Notes under the pieces: model-generated | What the model saw: only the letters and a program-made list of their open reading frames with translations | Database searches by the model: none | Told to the model about the DNA's origin: nothing | Source of the DNA: Octopus sinensis | Lineage: Eukaryota | Reading direction: 5' to 3' | DNA: 64,000 nt | Assembly (NCBI RefSeq): GCF_006345805.1 | Contig: NC_043003.1 | Location: 33,604,001 to 33,668,000 of the forward strand | Shown: positions 1 through 13,578 of the stretch, piece by piece | Position numbering within the stretch: position 1 is the first letter of the stretch | Layout: every line of letters begins with the position of its first letter | Position numbers and translations under genes: made by a program

Positions 1-384
1 ATAAATATTAGCGAGATTTCGTACATATAGTAATGAAAAATTAATAAACAGTAGTTGGAAATTAAATCTTGATATATCGAGTAAACACGATGTTGTCTAG
101 TAAGTTTCTTGTTTTCATGGGATAAGTATTTAAACTTTCAGATGTTAGGAAGATGATTGGTTCTGCTTTGATGATATTTATGAAATAACTTTTGATTGGT
201 ACAGCACTGAACTTGTAAGAATCTTTGAAATGAATGACAAATTAATAACAATTTAACTTCAAGTTTTATGAGAGTTGATATTAAAGAATTTTCAGGGCAA
301 CCTAGTGCATGCTTATGAAAAATAAAATAACAATGATTTCATATATTATTACTGTAAACATGTAACAATATCGCTTTGACATTT

Positions 385-683
385 AGGCACGAGGCCAGCA
401 ATTTCGAGGGTGATGGTGACTAGGTGATGCCAGGAATACCAGTATTTCGTTAATACTTCATTATATCGAACCTCTCGAAAGGATAAAAGGTAAAGTTGAC
501 ATCGTTAGGATTTGAACTCAGGATTATAAGAGTGAAAATATATAACACAAAGCATAACTTTTCTACTATAGGCACACGGTCGGAAATTTGTAGGGAGCGG
601 GGGGGGGGAGGGGTACTAGTCGATTACATCGAATCCGGTGTTTTACTGATTCTTAATTTATCGATCCCCGAAAGGATGGAAGG
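385..683 (-). mobile_element. Two adjacent decayed copies of SINE family A (old tail variant)
   Basis: Reverse-strand similarity to the 50936-51154 copy: aggcacgaggcc..aatttc, atcgaacctctcgaaaggataaaaggtaaagttgacatcg..gatttgaactcag, then a second tail actataggcacacggtcggaaatttg..tttatcgatccccgaaaggatggaaggc. Confidence 0.6.
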
Positions 684-990
684 CTTCAAATTATATCAAA
701 TTGCTTCAAGTATTAATGCAATCACAAGGTGTTATCGACACTACAACAGATAAATTCTTTCTATCTAAATGCCTTTATAAATGTGCGTATGCGTGTGTTT
801 GTCCGTGTGTGCGTGTGTGAGTGTCTGTGTGTTTGTGTCTGTGTGATTGTGGGTGTGTCTGGAAGTTTACACAATCTGTATTGCTATGTCCCGTTGTAAG
901 TTAATGGTTGTAAGAAACTTTATACAAGTATGATAGCGTTGGGTAGCAAAAAGAAAAAAACAAAAATATTGTTTTTAGAGAAAATAAGGC

Positions 991-1125
991 CTTATTCTTT
1001 GTAAGCCTAGTACTTATTCTATCAGTCTCTCTTGCCGAACCGCTAAGGGACGGGGAAGTAAACACACCAGCATCGGTTGTCAACCAATATTGGGTGGACA
1101 AACACAGAATCACAAACATATACAT

Positions 1126-1157
<32 letters not shown>

Positions 1158-1323
1158 ACGACGGGCTCCTTTCAGTTTCCGTCTACCAAATCCACACACA
1201 AGGTTTTGGTCAGCCCGAGGATATAGTAGAAGACATTTGCACAAGGTGCCACGTAGTGGGACTGAACCGAGAACCATGAGGTTGGTAAGCAAGCTACTTA
1301 TCACACAGCTACTCCTACGCCTA
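991..1323 (-). mobile_element. tRNA-derived SINE family B with internal (CA/TA)n, 3' end missing
   Basis: Co-linear with copies at 14975, 36965 and 55801. Head reads taggcgtaggagtagctgtgtgataag..ggttcagtccc on the minus strand (Pol III A/B-box-like). Confidence 0.85.
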
Positions 1324-1566
1324 TTTTAGAAAATATTTTGCACTTTTTACACACCCACGAGCACACTTATAGTCACTCGCATATGCATCTGCATGAATGA
1401 ATTATATATAGATTTCTAATATATATATAACAAATATTTACGTATGTCTATTTCTATACGTGTGCGCGTGTATGAATTATAGGCATACTTTTTTAAAACA
1501 CATTATTTGTTTTCAGGGGTTACTCTTCCATACATGTCACTCCTCAAATCGAATGCCATGTTGCAA

Positions 1567-1608
<42 letters not shown>

Positions 1609-2569
1609 CGACATAGCCAGAGTCAGGCACACAGAGAGATACAGAGAGAGATTCATACATATAAAAGACACACATGCATTTGCAGTATGTGAATATAATA
1701 TGACATGAGAGTATGAGTTTGATGCAGAAAAGGAATGTATAAACTACATCCGATTTGCTAGATATATCAGACGGTGAAATATTCTTGGTTCTTGTATGAC
1801 TTGGCGTCCTATCAATAGTTGGAAGATAGTCAAAAAACTGAAAACATATTTGATGTCAGAAGAAGTCAGTAAGGAACGAGTGCTGAGAAAAATATTGCTT
1901 CTATCCAAACCATAAGCAGAAAGGTCAAACGAAATATGGTTTATGTTTATCTTTTGTATTTGGTCTTGAACTTACGTCAAATTCACAAGAGCAGGTGCAC
2001 GCACAGTTATACACACACATACTTCCATGGTCACAGACACATACACACAAACGTACACAAATACAGACGCACACAAACACATGCACATGGACACATAAAG
2101 TCACACACACACGCACAATCTAACACAAACACGTGTTTTCGAAATCATTCATTTACATACATGCATACAGATGCCATATAAAAATGTATACGCAAATATA
2201 TATGAAAATACATACACACACACACATACATATACACACAAATACACGCACGCTTATGTGTGTTTATGTGTGTGCGTGTGAGTGTATGTATGTATCCGAA
2301 AAAAAGAGAGAGAGAGAGACAGAGAGAGTAATATGTATGTCTTCATTGTTATTGATTGATGTTTTATTTATGGCTCACGAAAATTTTAACTTTTGTCTTC
2401 ATAGAAGAAGATTTAATGCATTCCCAGAAATGTGTATCTACACACACGTACACAAACACACACACGTACACACACACATACACGTACACACACATACGTA
2501 CACACACACACTTACATATATATATACATACATTCACAATGATAGAATGCTAGCCACTATACATTCTTT

Positions 2570-2725
2570 ATTTTCTCCCCTTGTTTCTTTCTGTGCTCCT
2601 TTCTGTGGAAGAGCGTAGGCTCGAATCGTTAAAGACTTTTTCCCTTCCCGAGCTTATACTAATACATCTGTTTATTTTCTACACCACCTGTCTTCGTCTT
2701 TGTTTTTTTTTTGTGAATTGTCCCC

Positions 2726-2730
<5 letters not shown>
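2570..2730 (+). mobile_element. Short repeat family P1 (probable Penelope-like terminal fragment) with HHR-like motif at 2599-2634
   Basis: Homologous to 14504-14700(-) and 45988-46108(-); ends in (TA)n. Motif: cttt-CTGTGGA-a-gagc-gtag-gctc-GAATC-GTT-aaag. Confidence 0.6.
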
Positions 2731-2767
<37 letters not shown>

Positions 2768-3042
2768 TACATACATATTATATATATATTATTATATATA
2801 TATTATATATATTATATATTATATATATATACATACTATATATATAACTATATACATATATACACATACATACATACATTACATATACATATACAGAGAG
2901 ATATAGATATAGATATATTGACAAATATAATATCTCATGTCTGTGCATAAATAAACTTACACCTACATTGAGCATGCCTGGTAACATAAATATTAGAATT
3001 TGTAAATACACACACATACAGATACATACATACTTATATACG

Positions 3043-3116
<74 letters not shown>

Positions 3117-4838
3117 ATTATATATACGCATAACATGTATGTGTGCATACATGTATACATTTATGAAAATCTCTACATTTATCTTCCTTCCTCAAGAGAG
3201 TTGCTTCTCCTTTCTTCAATTTCAACACTTGAGCAACAATTCTTCCTTGCTGAGTCATCTTTTAAAATCATTGTGTCTTTGTGTTTCAAATTAATCCCGA
3301 TGGCTTTCCTTTCTAATATTCATTTATTTAGAAAATATACGTCTGGTTTTAGATACTTCGTGTCATTATCCTATTCTTGTATCTAGTGCGTTGATAAATG
3401 TGTTATTGTTGCTCCCCCCCACATATACACACCGGCCCAAACCTTTCCTTTGCAGCGGCTTCTAAGTAGATCATAGTCTGCTTTCATAAAGTAACAAATT
3501 GTTATCTCTGATTTATAAATACAAATAGAAATTTAAGCGTTAGGTAGGTATCTATTTTAGTAGACATTGAAATCTCCACCAAAATTTGTTAATTAGAAAA
3601 TTGTTAATGAAATCTTTGTTTTCGTGATTGGTATTTCTGTTTCTCTTGCAATATTACTTACTATTTAGTAATATATTCTGTTTTCGAAAGATCTCAAATA
3701 AATTAAATTATGTTACACACAGTGAGAAAAAAAAATTGGTCAAATGAAAATTATGATATGTGTAAATATAATGAAAACGATTTACCGTTTAAGTATTACT
3801 TTCGAAAACATGCATAAAATAAAGAGAATTTCTGGATTTGGAGAGAGGTTTGCCTCCTGCGGTAATAATGTGAGGAATCTACGTGAAGCATTAAATTCAG
3901 ATCACACACGCACGCACACACACACACGCGCGCGCGCACACACATACACATATATAAACCCAAAGAATTTCAAAGATCATGGAAACTAGTATATCTTCAA
4001 TTTTTTTCTTTTAATATAACAGTTAATCACACAACGTAGCTGGTTACTTAAAATGACCGATACACTATTACGGTACACGTCTGAATAATTTATCCCTCTG
4101 TACTCAACTTATATATATATCGGAAACTGAATATTTATTTTTATCGAAGTGTTCTAGCAAGAATCAACAGGATCCTAAATGTAAATATGCAAAAGTCCAC
4201 TTTAGTTCACACATTAATACAATTAGTGACACAAGTTCCTTATCAACTTATACTTCTGAGAAATAATATCATTCTGAGCTCATTTACGAATACTCTATAC
4301 ACTTCTAAGGTCGCTGAAGAACTTAAATAATAAGAAAGCATAACAGATTGAATTTTCAGCGTACAACTTAATAGGAGAATCACTTCTAACTGCATTTGAT
4401 ATTTAATGAACTATCACTGGTGGTTTAGTTTTCTAACAGTTCGTATATTTGGTTCAAAGTTAAAGGCGTAATTTTAATAAATATTTGTTTTACTACACCA
4501 AATTAAGTATTGCTTGTAAATGCTTCAGGCTGTTTATGGGGTTCTTCATACACACATGTTTTCCATAATTAACTGTAAGAAAACTGTATTATACACATAA
4601 GTTAAATTGAAAGTACTAAATTTCAGCGATTAGTTAATTCATCACCATTCCTTCAAATATGCTGTAATTAAATTTTAGATTTTTTTCCATACAGACCTGT
4701 ATTTCGTTTCATTCAAACTACATTGGCATTGAGTTGTATAACGGTATAATTACATTAGAAAATAGGAGACAGCTTGTTTTTAGACACACACACAATAGCT
4801 ATTAATATGTAGGTGTTTAGGTATATGCGTATGTTGTA

Positions 4839-5234
4839 AGGCGGCGAGCTGGCAGAAACGTTAGCACGCCGGGCGAAATGCTTAGCGGTATTTCGTCTGC
4901 GTTACGTTGTGAGTTCAAATTCCGCCGAGGTCGACTTTGCCTTTCATCCTTTCGGGGTCGATAAATTAAGTACCAGTTACGTACTGGGGTCGATGTAATC
5001 GACTTAATACCTATGTCTGTCCTTGTTTGTCCCCTCTGTGTTTAGCCCCTTGTGGGTAATAAAGAAATAGGTATTTCGTCTGCCGTTACGTTGTGAGTCG
5101 ACTTTGCCTTTCATCCTTTCGGGGTCGATAAATTAAGTACCAGTTACGCACTGGGGTTGATGTAGTCGACTTAATAACTATGTCTGTCCTTGTTTGTCCC
5201 CTCTATGTTTAGCTCCTTGTGGGTAGTAAAGAAA
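4839..5234 (+). mobile_element. SINE family A: head plus two tandem bodies
   Basis: Head ggcggcgagctggcagaaacgttagcacgccgggcg; body repeated from gtatttcgtctg (second body starts at 5071). Flanked by imperfect 16-bp TSD gtatatgcgtatgttg / gtatatacgtatattg. Confidence 0.9.
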
Positions 5235-5252
5235 CATGTATATACGTATATT

Positions 5253-5308
5253 GCGGTGCTCCAGCACGGCCGTAGTCAAATGTCTGAAACAAGTAAAATA
5301 ATAGAAGA
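5253..5308 (+). mobile_element. 3' tail fragment of SINE family B
   Basis: gcggtgctccagcacggccgtagtcaaatgtctgaaacaagtaaaa matches the end of the 36965-37413 copy. Confidence 0.7.
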
Positions 5309-5501
5309 ATATGTAAATTCACATGCTTGTTAGCGTGTGTGCATGTGTGCATGTGTGTGTATGTGTGTAGATATTACGCTAACACTAATGAGTATATTTG
5401 CATATTTTGCTTAATGTTTTACGTACACGCACACATACACACACATATTCCTATACAAACACACAGACATATACAGACACATACGCATTCACGCATACAT
5501 G

Positions 5502-5536
<35 letters not shown>

Positions 5537-5704
5537 ACACTCGCATACGTATGTTTTGTATGAATTGAATGAGAAGTTCACAGTCAATTCTTAGTTACTT
5601 AACGGTTGTGAACAGCCAGAGGGGTGAAAATTACTACATCGCATACATCATATATACATACATGCATGCATGTATGTATGTATGTGTGTATGTATGTATG
5701 TATG

Positions 5705-5733
<29 letters not shown>

Positions 5734-5735
<2 letters not shown>

Positions 5736-6251
5736 TCCAGTACAGCCTGTTGCCTGGTCGGGTCGTCGGCGACTAAACCGGCAACCCCACCAAGCTTGCT
5801 TGGTGAGGAAGGTGTTTATTGGACACCCTGCGGGATGAAAAACAAGCCCGTCAAAGGGCGGAGGAACTCTTGAGAGTCAACGGCCATCCAATAAATGTCT
5901 TAAGGATGTATCATGCGCGGGAACATAGAAATAATCGGACTGAATACCCGATCGCGCTGTTAAACCATTGGGAGTGAAGGACTCCTAGCCTTTGTTAGGG
6001 CATCTTTCTAGGAGAAGGTAACTCAGGTAACTGGGATAACTCCGACATAAAATCTGCGGATCAGTGGTTACCGATGATGTTGACTTGTTCTTCTTTTCGG
6101 ATTATGGCTGCTGTTGCTTAGTGAGTGGGATTGACTCAGTGCACAGCCTTTCCTCACTTTAAAAAACTCTTCTTGCACAGGCATTGCACGATAACAACAT
6201 TGATTAAGCTTCGTGCAATGGCCATACTCAATAACGAGGAGGCAGCCACCG
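5734..6251 (+). mobile_element. GC-richer insert in (TATG)n, probable RTE-type LINE 5' UTR or non-autonomous derivative
   Basis: Sharp compositional change bounded by microsatellite on both sides. Contains tctaggagaaggtaactc, resembling the CTAGGAGAAGGAAAACTC motif I recall from RTE 5' UTRs; no ORF. Confidence 0.45.
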
Positions 6252-6338
6252 TATATGTATGTATGTATGAATGTATGTATGTATATATGTATGAATGAAT
6301 GAATGTGTGTATGTGTGTTTGTGTGTGTATACCCACTA

Positions 6339-6665
6339 TGCTGCTGGCACTCCGTCGCTTACGACGACGACGAGGGTTCCAGTTGATCCGATCCACGGAA
6401 CAGCTTGCTCGTGGGATTAACGTGCAAGTGGCTGAGCACTCCACAAACATGCGTACCACTTCACACACCTCTCAGGTAGATTCTGAGTGACACAGAGTGG
6501 GACAAGGCTGGCCCCTTGAAATACAGGTACTACTCATTTTTGCAAGCCGAGTGGACCGGAGCAGCGCGAAATAAAGTGTCTTCCTCAAGAACACAACGCG
6601 CCGCCGGGAATCGAACTTGAGACCCTACGATCGCGAGCCGAATACACTAACTACTAAGCCACATC
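6339..6665 (-). mobile_element. tRNA-derived CORE-type SINE with RTE-like tail (family C relative)
   Basis: Minus strand: ggcttagtagttagtgtattcggctcgcgatcgtagggtctcaagttcgattcccggc (tRNA-like head), tgttcttgaggaagacactttatttc..ccactcggc..aaatgagta (CORE-like). The 3' ~200 nt are shared with 55086-55470. Confidence 0.8.
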
Positions 6666-7205
6666 TCTACACATACACTCTATACATTCATACGTACATA
6701 CATACATACATACATACATACATACATACATACATACATACATACATACATACATACATACATACATACGTACATACGTATGTATGTATGTATGTATGTA
6801 TGTATGACGTATGCGATGTATGTATAGTAAAGTTAATTATAAGGTTTAGCTGTAAATCAATTATGGAATATAAGCCTACGAAGTAAAATGAGGATTAGTA
6901 CGCGTACTAATGCCCGCATTTTCTAATGTGGGTTTATATGCTCCCATATTGAATTATTTTCTATAGTCAATACACGGTGAAATTTTCTAATTATCTTTAC
7001 AATATTTTTGCTCGCCACTGTTTCTTAACAAAAGCAGAATACGCGCATATACATATATACACATATATAAACCTATCGACATGCATATACATATTCAGAC
7101 ATATATATATATACATAGATATACATATGCACTTGTAGTATGTCTAGATAGATACCTTGAACAATGTAAATAGATATACACTCTCAAACAAGCATTCATA
7201 CACGA

Positions 7206-7278
<73 letters not shown>

Positions 7279-7535
7279 AAACTAATATCGTATACACACG
7301 CATATACATATATATATATGTTTACACATTTATAAGTTTGCATTTAAATAAGTATAGGGAAAGAATGAGAAAGAGTTGTATCTGGGTATGTATAGGGGTG
7401 CGGTATAACTATGCATCCATTTCTTATTTTATTGCTTTGTCTTTCGTTATTTACGTTCTTGATTTCTATTTTAATTCACTGATCTTTCATGTCATCTTAA
7501 TATTTCCTCCTTGGTTCATATACATATAAACCTAC

Positions 7536-7579
<44 letters not shown>

Positions 7580-8588
7580 TATATATCCTATATATATATC
7601 TATAATATATATATATGTAGTTATACACACATACCATGCATACATATATACATATATCAGGCACACACATATATATATATATATGTATATGTATATACTA
7701 CATATATATAATATATAGGTATATATATATGTATATATGTATATATATGTTTATGTATATGCCATGTAGCAACTCCCATCCATTCTTTCATAGCTTTTGT
7801 TGTGTTTGTTGTTTATAAAAAAATGCATGATAGCTTGCTTTTCTAAATTTATTATTCTCTACTTTTTTTATATTAAATTTATATCTGGAATTATTGTGTT
7901 CTTTGTTTTTTTTTTTCTTGAAAACTTACTTGCATTCCGCTTTCATATTCTAAGTCTTTATTCTGCCTCTTATTTCATCATTGTCATGGGTTTCTTTTAT
8001 ATTATTGTTTTTTTCTTTTTCTTTTTTTTTTTGTCGCACACTTCATCTGAAATTTCTTAGAATTTTTATCTCTACAATTGTTTTTTTATCATTATTATTG
8101 TTTCTGCTTTTCTATATTTATGTAGATCTTTCTCGTAGTTATCATTGTCTTGCTCCTATCCATTTTTTCCTTTTTTTACTTTTCTCTCATGTATCCTATT
8201 GTCTCTATTTCATTTCTATTCTTTAAAATGTCTCTTCTGGTTAAAACATCATTTTAAACGACACAGCCGCAGAGTCCCCTGATTTCTTTACATTTCTTTG
8301 CATTTCCCATTATGTATTGAATTTTACATTGTTTTATTTTTTTTCGATATTTTTTCTTCTCCTGATTTCTCTCTATGTTGCTTTGTTATTTCATTCTCAT
8401 TCTCTATACACTTAGCACTTATATATTTCTACTTAGGGCTTTATTTATTTATATACTGTGTATTTAATTGTTTACAAACAAACAATCATGAAACATGTAA
8501 ATATGGATAGAGATGAATATATCAACGTATCCTCGCTCTACATGATACAGAGATATATATACACTCAAAGACACACTTCACTGTGTGG

Positions 8589-8656
<68 letters not shown>

Positions 8657-9178
8657 ATATATTATATGCGTGTGTGTTTTTGTGTGTGTGTGCCTGTACC
8701 TATATGCATTTGCCATATATTTATATACATTATATGTACATATATATGTGTGTGTATAAATACATATATATAAAGAGAGAGAAAGAGAAAGTGAAATAGT
8801 TATATATAACTCTATCAGTTATACAAAGGCGCTAGCACAAGCATAAAGAACATTTTATAATGGCACATATGTTTTCAATGTGAAAGTGACACTGCTTTGA
8901 AGAAAATATATATATGTATGTACGAATGTATCTATCTACACACACACGCACACACACTCATATATAGATATATATATCTCATAAATATATATATTATGTA
9001 TGTATAGGAATATATATATTACTGCACATACTCGTATACATATTTACACACATACGTCAACTCAGTTATGCACATGTATGTATCTGTGAAGCTCTATGGG
9101 GTAATAAAAAATTATATTTCTCATTATTTGTAAGAGTGCTTCTGAAGAATATACGCATTTAATTTTATATATATATAC

Positions 9179-9292
<114 letters not shown>

Positions 9293-9455
9293 GTTTAACT
9301 AACTTTTAAAAATGTAGTAGTGTATGTATTTTATATATCATGCTTATATGCATAACTTGAGAGTTATTAATAATTCATATCTGTATGAAAATATGTGTGA
9401 GTTTGTGTCGATGCACATATTATTAGTGTCTGTGTATATATATAAATATTCGTAG

Positions 9456-9500
<45 letters not shown>

Positions 9501-9924
9501 CTATATATGAATGGATGAGCTTGAAAGATAGTTTATGGTTATGCATTTCAAACATCATGATCTTTTTTTCTCTCCTTCTTTAAGAATTCTCTGATCAAAT
9601 GTGTAGACAGTGTTAATATTTTGACAAGGACACGTTTTGTTTACTCCTGGTTTATTTCAAGTTTATATCTTAAATTGTAACTGAAAAGAAGTTAGATACA
9701 TTCAAGTGCGCATGAATCACATTTTTGCTTGCGTATATATATAAAAATGCACAAATATATGTAGCCATAGATACATACATCTATGTAATAATACGTACAA
9801 TATAATATATATATGTATATGAATAGTCATATATAGTATATATATGTATATATATATATATATATATATGCTTATATATATATATAATTATATATGTTTC
9901 ACATATATGTATGTATATAATATA

Positions 9925-9988
<64 letters not shown>

Positions 9989-10162
9989 GTATGTGGGCAT
10001 GTATGTGTGTTTCTTACATAAGTTTCTGTGTAGTAGTGTACCCGTGTATACGTTTTGTAGATATGTATTATGAATATATAAAAGTTACTTTCTATGACTA
10101 TAAGTTTTGCATGTATACATATAATTATACTTATATATACACATACACACATACATGCATAC

Positions 10163-10193
<31 letters not shown>

Positions 10194-10299
10194 CACTTTT
10201 ATGTGTGGTTGTGTTAGTGTGTATGTGGATGTGTATTGACATATGTGTTGTATACATTACGATGGCTGGACATATAGAATTTCCAAATATTTTGCCTTT

Positions 10300-11650
10300 T
10301 GCACTGTTTGCATGCGGCAAAATATTTTACATTCATTCCCTTGTTGAAAGAAGTCTACTGACAGGTACAAAATTATACCCAACAAAATTAGATTTCTTCA
10401 ATTCCATAATCGTGTTGGATATTAGCATACAGTTTAAAACATCAATGGATGCCCTAACTCACTCTCCACTGATTAGTTTGGGGATGTAGCTTAGCTTTTC
10501 TAGATCATCTCTGATGAAGCTATTAACATACTTCAGAAAAGTTTCCAGTAGTATGTCAGTACAGTTGTTTAACGATGGGTTCTACATGACGTGCTAGTTA
10601 ACATGTCTTGATTTTCAATCGCAGTGTTTCTTTGCTGGCTTCATTAGTTACTGGCGTTTGTCGATTTTCTCTAAAACATAGAAAAGGCTAAGTTAAAAAT
10701 TTCTCATACGGTCGATTTCTTCGTATGTTAGACATTTTCATATAGGTGAAATAAGGATGAAACATCTTTATTTATTTTCTGTTGTTTACATTTTTAATCA
10801 TTTAGGGTAGGAACAATTTTCTAGCATGGAAGTACTTGGTCTTTGTAATATTCTGTGTCCATCGCTACTACAGCACTCCCTTTATCGACATTTTGTCATT
10901 TCTGTTTCAGTTTAATTAAGTTTCCCATTCAGTAGTGCTGATGTTTGTGTTAATTCTTTGTTTGTATAATATATTACAAGGGAATTTCAGAATGCGATCA
11001 CTAAAGCCACGGAGCGTTTTATTCCTATCTTTAGTCAGAAGGTAATTGCTTTTGCTTACAAGTGAGTCATCATCATTATTATAGTTAAGTAGTGCTTCTG
11101 TAGGTCAAACCTGTCTGCAAAATTCCATAATTTTATCCTGATTACGTCTGCGTGAGACTGGGAAAAATTATAAAACTTTTACTAGTAGGTTAACTTTGTA
11201 AACTTCTTGAAAATTTTTCTTTGATGAATTTATCACAATGGGATTTTTCTGTGTGTTTTGATCTAAAGTGTCTCTCTGTTTCTCTGAACTGAGTCTAATA
11301 AACATTTCTTGTAATTACATTCTGTTTACTGTCAGTGTTACTAATTATATTTAAATTGTTAGGAGGCTGGTTCTGTTGTAAAAGAACATTAAGCCTCTTT
11401 AGTTGTTTCTTGTTCCTTCGTTGAGAGTTACAAATAATTCCTCGAGTGTTTCTCGTTGCTAGAAAAGTAGTATTCGTAATCCTGGAGTGAATCCGTCTAG
11501 TCTTTCTAATATCTGTGTTGTCTTTATGTCTGGTTTCAGAACGATTTACTTTCAGGCGTGTGGATGGTTTTGTGTAGTTGTGTATTAGATTGTTGAGGTG
11601 ATCAAATAGCATGGCTCCGTGAGCTGTAAGGCATCAAGCCCGTTAATGCA
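10300..11650 (-). pseudogene. Decayed Penelope-like element (PLE) reverse transcriptase
   Basis: Manual minus-strand translation across frameshifts gives, in order: VDKGSAVVAMDTEYYKD (DKG at 10878-10886), FYVLEKIDK (cf. FYGLPKIHK), SCRTHR-LNNCTDILLETFLKYVNSFIRDDLEKLSYIP, ASIDV..LYANIQHDYGIEEI. Motif order and content match PLE RTs. Outer limits are approximate and the part above ~10950 is weakly supported. Confidence 0.75.
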
Positions 11651-12315
11651 CGCAAGATTCCAGGAAATCTAACAAAAATGTGTTAAAAGAATGATTATGA
11701 TAATAATGATAAGAGGAAAGAACATGGGTATACATGGTGATCCTTCATTCCAATTGTTACATATGTTTCTGTATTCAGCAAGACATGACTTAATCGAACA
11801 AATGCAACAGGTTGAGACAATTTATAGGGCTAACATGAGACAAATACATCGCCAGAGAATTGAAAAGGGAATACTGTATTTCCTTATCGATTGTTTACAA
11901 TGTGCCGGAGAAACTGCATCTGCTGGTTGCATCTGTGACGTCATGTGTTGCTAAATGATGAAAAATATGTAATCATCGGTATAAGGTATTACTAAGTTAT
12001 ACTAATATTTTTTTCTCTTCTCATTATTGTTGTGCTCTTTGTATTACGTGCTCTTTGTATTACGATAGCCCACTATCGGATATGAACAGCCTGTATGCAC
12101 ATGCACCGGCTGGTATTTAACGAGGTTAACATTCCATTTGAGAGCTATGTGGAAGAATTGTCCCGAATCGAATGCATCTTGCCATATATGCATACAAACA
12201 GGCACGCACACACATACTTTACTTTTACTTATAATTGTTTCAGTCATTAGACTGCGAACATGGTGGGCACCCCTTGAAGCGGTGTATATATATATATACA
12301 TACATATACATACAT

Positions 12316-12377
<62 letters not shown>

Positions 12378-12380
12378 TAG

Positions 12381-12443
<63 letters not shown>

Positions 12444-12695
12444 ATGGTTGTTATACTGTCAATCTAACACGAACGTGACAGTGGGGGGTACACCACCGCT
12501 GCATAGCCCTAGGAAGCATCGACGCCTCCTGATGGCTTTGACACATTTTTTTCCTGTGTCCTTATATACATTTACGAAGGGGAGACAAACACCCCCGGCC
12601 GCCCGGGCTGCATCTAAGGACACGTGTTTCAGGATGATTGTCCTTCGTCGGCCTAGACTAGCAGACACCGGTCAGCTGGTGATATCTGCCTCGAC

Positions 12696-12770
12696 GGGCA
12701 TATGGCGTAGTGGTTAGGAGTGCGGGCTACTAAAACCAAAATTCCGAGTTCCATTCCAAGCAGTAACCTG
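12696..12770 (+). mobile_element. tRNA-like SINE head followed by (AAT)n (second copy at ~13823-13899)
   Basis: gggcatatggcgtagtggttaggagtgcgggctactaa..gagttccattcca has A-box and B-box-like motifs; acceptor stem does not close. Confidence 0.6.
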
Positions 12771-13057
12771 AATAATAATTATAATAATAATAATAATAAT
12801 AATAATAAAATAATCATTATAATAATAATAATATTAATAATGATAATGATAATAGAATAATAAATAAAAAAAAAAAATAATAATAATAAACAGCAACAAC
12901 AACAAACAACACACAACAACAATAATAATAATAAGAATAATAATATATGATGATGATATGATGATGACGATGAATGTCTAACACGCTATGACGATGTACA
13001 CTGTCGTACACATCGATATGTACTGTACGTTTGACTCAATTTACATCTGATCTGACT

Positions 13058-13157
13058 NNNNNNNNNNNNNNNNNNNNNNNNNNNNNNNNNNNNNNNNNNN
13101 NNNNNNNNNNNNNNNNNNNNNNNNNNNNNNNNNNNNNNNNNNNNNNNNNNNNNNNNN
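13058..13157. other. Assembly gap (100 N)
   Basis: Run of exactly 100 n. Confidence 1.
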
Positions 13158-13451
13158 CATTATTGTTGTGCTCTTTGTATTACGTGCTCTTGGTAGACGA
13201 TAGCCCACTATCGGATATGAACAGCCTGTGCACATGCACAGGCTGGTATTTAACGAGGTTAACATTCCATTTGAGAGCTATGTGGAAGAATTGTCCCGAA
13301 TCGAATGCATCTTGCCATATATGCATACAAACAGGCACGCACACACATACTTTACTTTTACTTATAATTGTTTTTCAGTCATTAGACTGCGAACATGTGG
13401 GGCACCCCTTGAAGCGGTGTATATATATATACATACATTACATACATATAC

Positions 13452-13525
<74 letters not shown>

Positions 13526-13530
13526 ATATA

Positions 13531-13578
<48 letters not shown>

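Noticed and set aside
4839-5234. CRISPR-like or prokaryotic repeat arrays
   Set aside because: The repeats are SINE bodies and microsatellites with no repeat-spacer periodicity, and the context is eukaryotic.
10510-10560. ctgatga..gaaa as another hammerhead
   Set aside because: No convincing stems I-III, and it lies antisense within the PLE RT coding fossil.
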